A stretch of DNA of 62,987 nt, filler included, from Dimargaris cristalligena (lineage: Eukaryota), in NCBI GenBank assembly GCA_003614675.1. It is 2 parts of 2 records of this genome, joined end to end, with 100 filler letters (N's around TTAATTAATTAA, not from the genome) between each part and the next. Parts side by side here need not be neighbours in the genome. Positions count along the whole stretch, not along the records: positions 31,560 to 62,987 come from ML002439.1; 1 more part is not named here. One strand, written 5' to 3'. Positions 46,820 through 58,775 of this stretch are shown piece after piece. The position numbers were made by a program, and so were the translations under genes. Numbering within the stretch: position 1 is the stretch's first letter; each line of letters opens with the position of its first letter. Under the pieces are notes generated by a model, which saw nothing but the letters and a program-made list of their open reading frames with translations, searched no databases and was not told the origin of the DNA.

Positions 46820-47550
46820 TGATATGTATAGGGCCCGTAGGGCGGTGGGGGTACAGGGGCTTTGTGGGGAGCTCGGGAGGGACAAGGGCATGGAGGGCGG
46901 AAGGGTTTCCTGCCACCAATAAAGTCGGGTATACATAATATGGGATACTAGGTATACTCCAGAAGACACTAAAACACTAATAAAACTCGGGAAAACACTG
47001 ATACTCGGATAGAACTCTGATAACTCGGAAATACTCTGAAGAATCTGTTTAAAACTCTGGAAACTCGGGGAATACTAGAAATAATACTCGAAGCAGGAAC
47101 TCGTTTTCCTGGAGACACCCACATAAAAATGGTCTGATTTATTCATGGATTGGAAAGACTGGCGCTATTTATACAGCACCGGTTAGCGTAAGGCGAATAG
47201 CGAATTGTAGCAACTTAGCAATGGAGACCAAATGTTGGATTTGGCGGATTCGATGATGAATTACCGCAGCGCTAGAAATCGTTAAACGGATGGAACCACT
47301 GGGGTTTTGACGTCAAATCGGAAAACGAATAAACAGGAACAAAACGGCATAGACCAGGCTGTGTCCATGTTTAATCTGGTTGGTGATGCATGGCGTGGAC
47401 GGCAATAATTTTCAAAAAGAAAACGAATAGTCAAAATGGTAAAGACGTTTCAGTAAGCCTCGCTGATTACGGCGGAACCTCAGTAAATAAATAAGTGGAG
47501 AGCGACTAGCCTAGTAGTATCTCCCAAGACTAAAACACTGTATTGTCACA
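46820..47550 (-). mobile_element. Putative solo LTR / retroelement remnant (left boundary uncertain)
   Basis: Minus strand starts TGTGACAA at 47550, then TATAAATA (47173-47166), AATAAA (47143-47138) and a T-rich tract of degenerate ~10-bp CCGAGT(T/A)TT units. Confidence 0.35.
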
Positions 47551-48839
47551 TGAGGCAGTAGGGAAAAAAGTATATCGACCTACCGAGTTCCCGCTTGAGA
47601 ATAACCCAGCATCTTTGACCAATGCCAACGTCGGCGCTTACCATCCACTAGGTATATATATTGATTGGGCTTGGGGCTATGCGGTGTTTTCGTAACTTTC
47701 GTTATATATTTTTTCTTCAATGGTGCCCCTCTTTTATTGGATAATGGGGATGAAGTTGTACACTTGGTTGGGTTGAAAGCATAGATTATTGACAGCGCAA
47801 GTGGCCGTTGGCCCATTCTCTTACTACACCATGGTATTTTTATATTGGTCTTTAAGTAAACATTGGTTATCATACTCGCCGGTTGCATTGGGTATATCAA
47901 AATCTCAGTCTAGGCATTATCCAAGCGACAAATACCACCAGGACTGGCGAATTTCCGAGCTTCTCCGAGTGAGTGTTCTCTTTCAATGACCTCGCTGATT
48001 CTTCCTAAGTATTTAGGCTGAGTTGAAAGGGGAATAAGCAGGTTTCAAAAATCCAATTCGGGTATACGATTTTGTTCACCAATCCCAGTTAGCCGGCTTA
48101 CACTCAACCAGTCTTTCGCACCCTTAATCTACTATGTTGCAAACCATTCCCCCCCCCCCGTCGATTATTTCCTAGGGTATATTTACAATAAATAGAAAAT
48201 ACAGAGAGCCTCGTTCTTTCTATCTAACACCTAGCTCGCCAGTTAGAGTGGCGACCTAGCCGATCCGTCTGGTCCTAACGCTACAGTACCGACTATAAAC
48301 CCGCTAAGCAAAAAGGTGTATATAGCAGTTACATTTATTGAACAAGTTTACAACAAGGTTCCGTAACCAACTCCAGAAATAGCTCCAGGAAAGATAAGTG
48401 TCGTAATATACCAGATGGGCTACACCATTGCTTAAAAAGTTTTATGTTAATCCAGGAAAACAGGGGATAAGTCGAAACAATAAAAATAATAAAAGAGGGC
48501 GTTGCCTAGAGCAATATACAGTCGGAAAAATCAAAATAAAACATGCATACATACGTGTGAATATGGAGGTGTATATAGGGATATAAATAGACCCAAAAAT
48601 GGGCGAGTGATTCGTCTGAAGATGGTTTGGTCAGAGAACGGCTCCATCTGGAAGACAATCAGGTAGTTTAAACCCCTCGAAACTGTATCAACTACGAAGG
48701 GGAGATATCTTGGTAAAAACCTAGTCGGAAATTGGGGGACAATGATCGCCAATACATTGCTGAAGTGGCAAATAAGTGGGCGGTCCGAAATGACCAAGGC
48801 AAATCATAGAAATTACCCATAAACTAGCCAGCAGATGGT

Positions 48840-51800
48840 TTAAAAACTAAGAGGTTCAGTAAAATTGGACGGGAACATGCCGCATTGCACCTGTTGGTTA
48901 CCTCCCATGGTCTCGCCCTCCCACCAGCCATCAATATGAGTAGCCAGAACAGAAATGACGGCCCCTTGCTTGATGGAAATCTCTTCGGGGGTCTCCGAGG
49001 CGTAATCGTACATGGCTCTCACATAAAACAGGACAGGGCGAGTGGCATCGAGGCGCCGCGGAATAACTGGTCCTTTAGCAGGGACGGGAATTGGTGCTGC
49101 GCTGGGTGGAGGTGGTCGCTGAGGGGTGGGGGCGATCTGTGGGGGTGGTCCTGAAGAGCCACGCTCAGGAGGCGGGCCATTACGCTGTGGAGAGTTTTGC
49201 AGGGCTAAATGAGCAGGAGGTATCCGGGGACTGCCTCCAGCCATCGAGCCCGGGGGACCCATACCTGGTTTTCCTGGGCCCGGCTGCGACCCGGGTGGTG
49301 AGCTATTAGTCCGCATGTACGGGCCAGGGCCGGGAGAACCGGATGGGGGTACCTGGGGGCCAGGACCGTACGCCGGATTATACTGACGGGTTCCCGTCGG
49401 GGTCTGGCTTCGCAGATTTGAGTGAGAATTACTATGGTGGAGGGCCTGGGGAGTATTACCATCCCCAGGACCCGGTGGGAAGTTCCGTAAAGGGGCCTGG
49501 TGCGAGCCTGGGCGGTCCCCTTGGCCAGGGGTGGTGGAACGCGGAATGTAGGACTGGGCCATGGGACTGCCACCCCCAGGGGGTTGGTGGTGCTGTAGAC
49601 CGGGTTGGACCGGATTAGGTGCTGACGTGGATACATAGGGCGACGCAGAAGGGGCCCGCGGTATCGATGGTGGTGCCCGAGGTGGGCCCACAGGAATACT
49701 GCCGACGACCGGACGATCCGGACTGGTTGAAGGGCCTACCACAGGTGACACATGATGATATTTGGGTATCTGAGGGTGAGGCTGATGTGGAGGTCCGCCA
49801 GTTGGTGTAGTCGGGGTAGACTGCGAACTACTGTAGAGAGATACAGGGGTTGGGATGCGATTTGCCCCGCCAGGCTGGGTGAAGGGTGGGCGTGACTGCG
49901 TGCTGACGTTGAGTCCATCGTCCTGTCGACCACTACGGCCGGGACTGGGAGGAGCCCCATGATCGTAGCGGGCGGATGGGTGACCAGCCCCTGGCTGGGG
50001 AGAATAGCGGTGATTGGGTGAGCCAGGAATATGTGGAGATGTGGAGTATGGGCTGCCCGTGCGCCCATTAGCATTGGCTCCGCCGTAGGAATCGGCAGGT
50101 AGGTTCTGGTAGCCCGTACCATTGATGGGCTGGATGGTGGGGGATAGGGCACTCAATGCTTGGGAAATGGGGCAGGCCCGGGGACTCTCCCCGCCAAGTG
50201 ATCGGTCTTTGCTGGGAGGGTAGGCATCGACACTGCCCTGACGGGGTGGACCATGCTGGGCGTAGTGACCATTCTGATCTGTCTGGATACGAGGCAGCAT
50301 ACTTGGGTCAGGGGAAGTCAAGCTGCTGGGTAGGATAGAGTTACCTAAATGCGGATTAAAACTATCCCCAAGGTATGCGGCCGAATCCCCCGGTGTGTGG
50401 GAACGACTAACCGGACGAGGTACACCAGGGCTCTTCGCCCCGCCACTGTTGACGACCATGAGTTGGGGCTGAGTTGGTTGAGAACCTTGGACATAGGCGA
50501 GAGGGTCGGAATCGTGGAATACAGAAACGGGCCGACTACGGGAACCCCCGGTGCGAGCATTCGACGACATGGGGGCCGGCGGGTGGCGAGTCCCGGGGCC
50601 CGGAAGTTGGTCGGGGTGCCCGGGGGCAGATGCGCGGCGGCCGCTTAGGTGGTCAGGGAATACACCAGCCGGAGGAGCCTGGGTAGGGAAAGGAGAGGGT
50701 TGAACAGACACACTCTGGCTACGACTACGAGTATACTGTCCGGGTTCGGGAGTGCTCCCCACGGTTTCGGCGCGGGAGCGATTTGACGGGGACGGATCCG
50801 AATGGCGGTTTTCTTTCCCCGTTCCGTGAGTGTCAATGAAAAGCTGGATGTCCTGGCTCACGCTGAAACGCTCCAGGGTTTTGCGGACGCGCTCAAAGGA
50901 CTCGTCCTCGGTGACAAGAACATTGGACAGGATGTTAGTGTAGCTCCACAAGTGGGTGCGCAGGAAGTCGAGGCGCTCTTCCTCGAGAGACTGGAACGAG
51001 AAACAAGCATCCCGCCAATCGTCTTCCCAGCGCCGCTGGGCTTCTTTGAGACGAACCAGAGTCTTTTTATAGTCGTCATCGGCCTGGCGGGTCGAGTGAT
51101 GGGTTTTCTCTAGCCGGGAGCGCAGGCGGTCACTATCCTTCATGTTCTGCATGCTGACCAGGGTTTGTTCCAGCCCCGACGCCTTGGAGTTTTTCGGCAT
51201 CATAGCGATCTTTAGCCTTGACGAGTTGAGACCGAATCATGGACCGGTTGCGGGAGCTCTTTTCAATGACGGAGGTTTGCTAAAAAAAAAATACAGGAAT
51301 CGGAGAAAAAGGCAATGATACGGGCGATCGTGAGTGAGAATTAGTGAGGAAGAGTAGCCGACTGGGTATAGTAAAGCGCCTAACTTCTCAAATAAATCTA
51401 AACAAAGGTCATTGCTACCGCCCCCAAAGCGGCTAAAACCGCGTATCCACCGGGGTGGCTACGAATCGCAGGGCAGCCCTGCCATAACCTCAAAACTCGG
51501 CTCTAACGCTAATGTTCAGTAATATGGAGGACGAACCCACTTACTAATTTTCGCTTTTCCCGTTGTTTATTGACAAAGTCATTGGTGGTATTTTCCAACT
51601 CAACTTTGATTTGGTGGGCCAGGTCGATATGGGCTTTTGCACTAATTTCGAGCTCGCTTTTGACGGAGGTTAGGGAGTCCTTCAAGGTGCTGATTAGCCG
51701 GGTGTCGGAGGAACAGCACATATCGCGATCGGGTATAGAGAAGGAAATACAGTGAGGTGAGGGTTAGAGGATCGGCGAAAGGCGTGAATCTTCCCCCACT

Positions 51801-52742
51801 GTGTTCAACAGGGGCATGGTAAAGACGACACATCGGCCAGGGTTGATGGACATTTTCCAATCGGACCTCACGCTGAGTGGATAGTGGGAACTAGCCAGCC
51901 AGGAACAATGCAATAGGGAGGGGGGGTGGAGGGTAGTCCAGAGCTAACCCCTCCTCCCCGAATTCACTACCCTAGCCTCCGTCTAGTATCCAACATGGAG
52001 TAGGAGGAGTATGGCCCTTACTGGAACGCAGGTAACAAAGGGCTGATCAATGATTACCCACACGACAATGTGGAAGAGAATGCTGGCAAACGACGGTGAT
52101 TTTAAAGGGATATCCCAAACTAATACCTACCCAATTTCGTTTTTACCCAAAGGCGTCCGGGCCAGTTTGAGAAGCTTTTTGCCGAATTCTTCTTCAATGG
52201 CGGCCCGGGTGGTGAACATGGTCTGAAGTTCCTGGCAGGTTTGTTTAGAGTTGCGCAGGCGGTTCATGAGTACGGTGACGCCGCGATCATCCTTGCCCTG
52301 TTGACCGGATAAGTCGTGGACCGAGGAGCGGGAAGAAAGTCCGAACCGGGCCATGATTGGGATACCGGAGGTAGGAAGGATAGAGGTTATATGATTTATG
52401 ATATAGGTTAATTACTACGTATTCTGTTAAGTTTGGTACATAACATGGTGCAGGACCGTCAACATTGACGGGGAGGGAAAAGAGTACAGTAACCGACCGG
52501 AAAGGGCCCGACTCTTAGTTATATGGGTCTAGCGGCCATCCGAGTAGGCTGAGGTGGGAGGGCTACGAATAAAACGGCCGGGTTGGAAGGCCGTATCCGA
52601 CGCGCGCGACAAGTCACTCGAGCGGTAGGCAATGGGCGCGTCCAGGCCCTAATAGGGTAGAAGAACGCGTGTGTTGACTTACCCAGAAGGAGTTGGCAAA
52701 GGAATCGGCGGGAGGGGGGAGGGCAGCGGTTTGTGCAACCAT
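48840..52742 (-). CDS. cdc15: F-BAR/SH3 cytokinesis protein, Cdc15/Imp2/Hof1 family (~936 aa if the +1 frameshift at ~51190-51194 is corrected); exons 52742-52683, 52297-52131, 51689-51545, 51279-48840
   Basis: FANSFW/GKDDRGV.VLM.RL..SK.TC.EL..F..RAAIEEEFGKKL.KL, W..AC..FQ.LEEERL.F.R..LW.Y.N, a long Pro/Ser-rich linker and a C-terminal SH3 (YVRAMYDY..PEEIS..DGWWEG..GMFPSNF). All three introns are GT-AG and in phase. Confidence 0.87.
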
Positions 52743-53385
52743 GGTGGAGTTTGAAAGAGAAGGTACACTCGAAAGTGAATCTCCGCTGGTGCTACCCAAA
52801 TGGAGGAGGTTCAATGAGGGAAAGGGTGGTAAGGGACCCGTAGGGTTAGGGGCGGAAAGGTATGTAGGTGGGTATGCGAAGGTCAAACAAAAAGGTAGGT
52901 AGGTATAAAGGGGAAAAAGGTGGTGTCGGGGAGGGGGAGACAGTTGAGTAGCCCAGAGTCCGAAGCAACGTAAGGTAGTAAGGTCTCAGGAAGTGGCTAA
53001 ACAGTAGGAGAAAATACGACCAGGGCGACTTAGTGAGCAGGGCCGAAAGCCAGGGATGATAGGTAGCGCGAGTGTATGGAACTGGAAGGATATGCCGTGG
53101 GTATGACAACTAGACTGCCGATTCTCGTAGTGGTAGTCAGGATGAGCCAGCCAGGGAGGGCAGGGGAGATGAGGATTACACAGAGAGGGCCCAGTCGGAG
53201 TTAGGCCAGTGACAAGAGAACGAATCCGAAGGCTTTGGTTCAGTGGAAAGGGGGGAGTATAAATAGGTCAAGCGACTGATTTCCACGCAGGTCCTCGGCA
53301 GGGCATGCATATAGCGAAACCAATGACTAAATGCGTAAATGGACACGGTAAACGTGTCAGGGGTTGAAAAATAAGTATATGTATG

Positions 53386-53409
53386 TGAGTGAGTGAGTGA
53401 GTGAGTGAG
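53386..53409. repeat. (GTGA)n tetranucleotide microsatellite
   Basis: tgagtgagtgagtgagtgagtgag read directly. Confidence 0.8.
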
Positions 53410-56400
53410 AGAAGGCGAGTGAGTGAAGAAGGGGATGAAAACGGACTAGTTAAAGGCCGGGGCGGGGCGGGAGTATATATGCGCATACAGGCCACTTGGG
53501 CTTAGTGCGCCCGCTAGGCCCAACACAGACTTTACAACAGATTGAAGGAGAGGAGTGGCGATCACCAAGGGGAATCGTTTCTGGTGGCCAAGCCCAACGA
53601 GGTGCTGGACGACGAAGGGAGAGACTGGTCTTTGTTGGGCGCTGATACTTCGAGCGACCTCCTGCAAGTGGCTTAAAACACGCATTTACACATTGCATTA
53701 ACCGACGGGCCAGGTCGATTAGCAATGGGTGGTGTCCGGGCCAGTGGACAACTCGGTTCCTTGGATGGGCCCCCATGCCCTCTTCTATTACAGTGCCGAG
53801 TGGCCCCAGCTCCCAAACCATCTCCATTTAATATCGAATTTTGGAGGGATGGCACCGGATAATCGTTATCACACTTGTGCAGGGGGGCTCACTAACACTA
53901 AACCATCCCTCAGTCCATATTGACCGAGGCCCATAGTACTCGCCCAGCGGACTTTGAAACCCCACCGGGCCAGTTAAATAATAGGGGATCCGACCACAAG
54001 TGGACATACTCTTTAAGTTACTCAGTTTATCGGGAATGAAAAACTGTGCTAATAAGATATGTACGCATACGCCTGCTTACCCTAATGGTAAGGTAAGAAG
54101 GCCACAATGTACACCAGGCATATGCCTCGCCTGCATATACGAATAATCATCCGAATGAAATGGTCACTATAGTAATAGCCTGGGATGCGTAGGCCCTGAA
54201 CTGTAAGTAGACCTTTTCAGGGGTTTTGGAATCTGGCACCAACTGGTTTAAGCACCTATTCAATCCACACGTTTGGGGTAGGACTAAATGACCCCTTTTC
54301 AAAGGACCGGTCAATTCATTCGGTTGGCCAGTCGGCAGGGTTTTTACAGTGCATTCCTCTCTCCTCCTGATTCAGGGACGGGCGTGCCCCATAAATACGG
54401 GACCCCCTCCTAGTGGGGCAGTGGATTATACACGCAGTTGGGGTGGCGCACCTGCCTACCAACTGGTAAAAGTTTTGCGGGTTTCTTCAAGGTATTAAGG
54501 CCACGGGATGCAGAGAGCTGCTAGCTGGGGTAGTATTACCCACTTAATCAGAGTCCCCAGTGTGCGCTATCTATTCACGAATTCCCCTTTCAAAGGGAGA
54601 GGAAGAGAGGATGCCACCCTAATCGCCAAATGGACCCGGCTATTTTTATACTACCCAATGGCAGTTAGTTCGCTTCTCTTTCAGACCAAACTCTTCTTCA
54701 TCCTCCTTCTCCTTCAGAAATAGCGAGCGACTCTTCTCCCATCTCGGCTAGGAAAATCCAAGCTCCCTCTGGGCCTATAGGAATTGTGCCGGATTACCAC
54801 CACAGCCACTTTTCATTGTCTGAGATGCGATCTTGGCTTTCAAATTCAAGTCGGGCGATTAACAACCCTTTACTCTATATATCCCCCTTCCTTGCTCTAT
54901 ACCAAATTGACAATTGCTGCTTTTGCTTGATCGACCTATGGAGACACCTCGGCTATGTACGGGAGCTGCTCGCCCAGCCTTAGCGCCCCTCCTCGTCCAG
55001 CAACCCGCCTAATTATAATAGTTTACAGGACTTGCAAACACTCCAGTAGGCAGGGGGCCTATTTGGAGGTAATATATATCTATATATATGGAGCATACGC
55101 ATAGTAAATGGGTCTACAAGTAGCCGAGAGGCAACTGTCGGACTGGAGATAAAGATGTGTCCCCTACCGACGCCCTCTTGTGATTGCAGAAACGATGCTG
55201 GCGGTACCCTCCCTCAATACAGTTTAGTAAGGTGCTTTTTTCAAATGACCAAGTAGGGTGGGGTATATAAAATGTACAGCCCCAATGTTCTCACCATGGA
55301 TGGTAATGGCAGGAGATGGATGGACACGGGTATTGATATCTCTAATGTTTCACTCACAATGACCGCAGCAGGTGCCGAGTGATCAATCAACCCAACAGAT
55401 AGGGAAGGAGCGTCATCCGGCGGTGCCTTCGATACAGTGAATTGGCATTAGCGGCTTGTATATATATATATATATACATGTACATATATAAGCGTATGTG
55501 TGTGCATTAGTGTGGAACGTTATGACCCCGTGTAACATGCCGTCTAAGTTGTGTGGGGTAGATGCCGTCGGCCAATGGGTGGGGTTGCGGCTACCCCCGT
55601 TTACGGACCGCCTCGGTTGACTTTCGTCCGGGTGCTACGTTGGGGGGAGTGGTCCGTGTCGGCCATGGTTGGTGAACCAGCGAGATTAGTAGTATGTTTG
55701 GCTGAGGCCAATAGTACCTCCTGCGTCTCCGTATGCATCGATGGGGCCATCTCATCCATGGCGAGGGCGGCTGAAACACTGTGGCTGTAGTAACAACCTC
55801 TCTGAACGATGTGGTATGCTAGATGAGAAAAGCGAAGGTAAACCACCCCACCCACCGTCGAGTGTGGACCTGCTAGCCGGCGATGCTGTGACTCATATGG
55901 TCAGTTGCAATCCCTACTACCCCCCAGGTAAAAGGGTCGTCGTCACTTTTTTTCTACTAGCCATCATTCTACTGGATTATCGATGGAGGGGCGGGTGGGT
56001 CGACACGGTCTCTCGAGACCAGTCAGGGGTCGTAAAAAGGATACCACCAAAGACTCTACTAACTGCTACTACTACCACATCACCTTCGTAGCCGCTCATT
56101 TGTTTTACTGGAAGTAGTGGCAGACGACTAGCCGGCAACAGCCGCCCCGGGGTTGAGCGTCCCGCACAACGAACGGAACGAAGGGCATCTTTGTAGGTCG
56201 ACGTGGATCACGAACCTATCCACAGTTGGGGGAGAAGTGCTCCTGAGTGGGTTACGCCAACCCCTCTCCTCCACAGCACATTGTGTCCATACTAGGTGTC
56301 CACTGCGCTTCCGAAATCCTCCCTCTCCCATTCCCCCCCAGAAACGCGACCTCGTTGGCTCTCTCCGGTCTCCTTCCCCAACCACCCGATACGGCTGCGC

Positions 56401-56792
56401 CCGGCGGCACCTATGCAGCCAACCAGCGACTAATACCCACACGGTCAAGGGCGACTCCCCTTCTCTAAGCCACACTACTACCACTTGCTTGGATAGGAGG
56501 TGGTGATGATGATGTGTGGTGGGGAATGTGATTTCCCCCCCCCCCGCTCTTAATTAGTCGTCATCAGTAGAGGTTGAGTATATGTGCCTTTCCTCAACCT
56601 TTCGTCGGCTTATATATCTTCAGCCCCTCTTCCCCCCTCTCCTCCTGCTTTTCTGAACTTCACACACATCTCCTCCTTCTTCCTTATTATATACTACTCA
56701 AGTGTTCTTTTGTACGCTACGGTATTATTCTCCTATAGCATATATACTACTACTACCCCTTCCTGTCTTTAGTCCTCTCACTTACTTTCACC

Positions 56793-57878
56793 ATGGTTCA
56801 CCTCACTGCCCAACAGAAGACCGATCTCGCCAAGATCGCCCAGGCCATCGTTGCCCCCGGCAAGGGTATCCTGGCCGCCGACGAGTCCACCGGTACCATT
56901 GGCAAGCGCTTTGATAACATCAGCGTGGCCAATGTCGAAGAGAACCGCCGTGCCTACCGTGATCTGTTGTTCACCGCCCAGCCCTCCTCCGAGCTGGCCC
57001 AGGCCCTGGGTGGTGTCATCTTCTACGAAGAGACCCTCTACCAGTCGGCCCAGGACGGCACCCCGTTCCCCAAGGTCCTGGAGAACCTCGGCATCATTGT
57101 GGGGATCAAGGTGGACAAGGGTGTGACCCAGCTTCTGGGCACTGACGGCGAGACCACCACCACTGGTTTGGATGGCCTGGACACCCGCTGCCAGGAATAC
57201 TACAAGGCCGGCGCCCGGTTCGCCAAGTGGCGCAGTGTGCTGAAGATCGGCAACGGCTGCCCCACCCCCCTGGCCATTGACGAGAACGCCCACGTGCTGG
57301 CCCGTTACGCCTCCATCTGCCAGGCCAACAACATCGTGCCTATTGTGGAGCCCGAGATCCTGATGGACGGTGACCACGACTTGGAAGTGGCCAAGGATGT
57401 GACCGAGCGCGTCCTCGCCGCCGTGTATAAGAAGCTGAACGAACATCACGTGTACCTGGAGGGCACTCTGCTGAAGCCCAACATGGTCTACCCCGGTCAG
57501 GACTGCCCCACCAAGTACACTCCCCAGGATATTGCCGAAGCCACCGTGACGGTTCTGCGCCGGACGGTCCCCGCGGCCGTGCCCGGTATCACCTTTTTGT
57601 CGGGCGGTCAGTCCGAGGAGGCCGCTACCCAGCACCTCAACGAGATGAACAAGGTCTCGGCCCTCCGCCCCTGGGCTCTGACCTTCTCCTATGGTCGTGC
57701 TCTGCAGTCCACCGTGCTGAAGACCTGGTCCGGCAAGCCCGAGAACGTCAAGGCTGCCCAGGATGCCCTCATGGTGCGCGCCAAGGCCAACAGCCAGGCC
57801 GCCCTTGGCCAGTACCAGGGAGGTGCCGGTGGCAATGCCGCCAGCGAGTCCCTCTATGTCAAGAACTACAAGTACTAA
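56793..57878 (+). CDS. Fructose-bisphosphate aldolase, class I (Schiff-base type; 361 aa, intronless)
   Basis: [48 protein letters not shown] (Schiff-base Lys), [18 protein letters not shown] and a C-terminal Tyr; strong C-ending codon bias. Confidence 0.97.
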   Translation: MVHLTAQQKTDLAKIAQAIVAPGKGILAADESTGTIGKRFDNISVANVEENRRAYRDLLFTAQPSSELAQALGGVIFYEETLYQSAQDGTPFPKVLENLGIIVGIKVDKGVTQLLGTDGETTTTGLDGLDTRCQEYYKAGARFAKWRSVLKIGNGCPTPLAIDENAHVLARYASICQANNIVPIVEPEILMDGDHDLEVAKDVTERVLAAVYKKLNEHHVYLEGTLLKPNMVYPGQDCPTKYTPQDIAEATVTVLRRTVPAAVPGITFLSGGQSEEAATQHLNEMNKVSALRPWALTFSYGRALQSTVLKTWSGKPENVKAAQDALMVRAKANSQAALGQYQGGAGGNAASESLYVKNYKY

Positions 57879-58775
57879 ATAGGAGAATGAGTCCCCTCTC
57901 TCTTCGTGACTGCTTCTTCCCCGACCCGCACACATTTAGGTCTGGCTTTCCCCCACTCTACTCTTCCCCCGCCTTTCCGCTTAGGTGATTGTTGCCTAAC
58001 AGCAGAGTTGCCGATCAATATATATTACCCAACCCACTCTCTCTCGCCAATCTCTCCTCTTTTTTTCTCACCCAGTCAGTCTCTAAAAAATCCACGCGGA
58101 CCCACGAGGAGCGGATATGTACACTCGTTTAACATCGTTTTTGCCTCTCTCTCTACCATCTTTCCTCTTTTGTATGTCCCCCGCCTACTCCTCAAGTGGG
58201 GGGAATTGCGGTATGGTAGCTGGAAAGTCGATTATAATACACCTTTACTTAGTTAAGTAGGTAACATCAGTATGCGTTTCATACCCCCTTTATTGTCATC
58301 TTATATAAACAGAACACGATTCATATGAAATAGATTAGTGTGTGAGTGAATGGCAGCATCTTACTAGTAATAATAAGAATAAGAATAATCGTGGTGGAAG
58401 GGCATATACAATGGTCCATTATATTATAAAAGTCCTAGTATTATAGGAAGATTAAGTAACCCCCAGTATTATTAGTATGCGAGGCAGAGCGACTAACTAC
58501 TACATTAAATTGAAATCCCCCCATTGCCATGTGCTATAATAGTATGGGTAGGTGGATCTGGCTGAAGACGTCAGAAAAGAGGTGAAGAATATACCCACGG
58601 CATAGCTAGTTCGCTCGACCCTCTCCCTTCCTAAGGGACATCGAGAAACCCGCCTGCACACATGCGCATAGATGGACAACAAAAGAAAGGACCTTCAAAT
58701 GATGATACGGTGGCACATTAGAGTATACTATAGAGATATTCGGCCAAATTGCACAGCCCGGTTGTACCCGGACAT

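Noticed and set aside
46965-47103. Short spaced repeats considered as a CRISPR-like array
   Set aside because: Units are ~10 bp, degenerate and lack unique spacers; eukaryotic context with no cas genes.
53200-56600. Many 60-125-aa ORFs between cdc15 and the aldolase, and in 100-12000
   Set aside because: No motifs, no codon bias, mostly non-ATG starts; consistent with intergenic DNA.
57876-57890. Stop-codon readthrough to a peroxisomal signal on the aldolase
   Set aside because: Stop is TAA-ATA rather than TGA-CTA, and the extension (IGE) has no PTS1.
56778-57935. 385-aa antisense ORF over the aldolase
   Set aside because: Mirror ORF explained by strong C-ending codon bias on the sense strand; no recognisable motifs.
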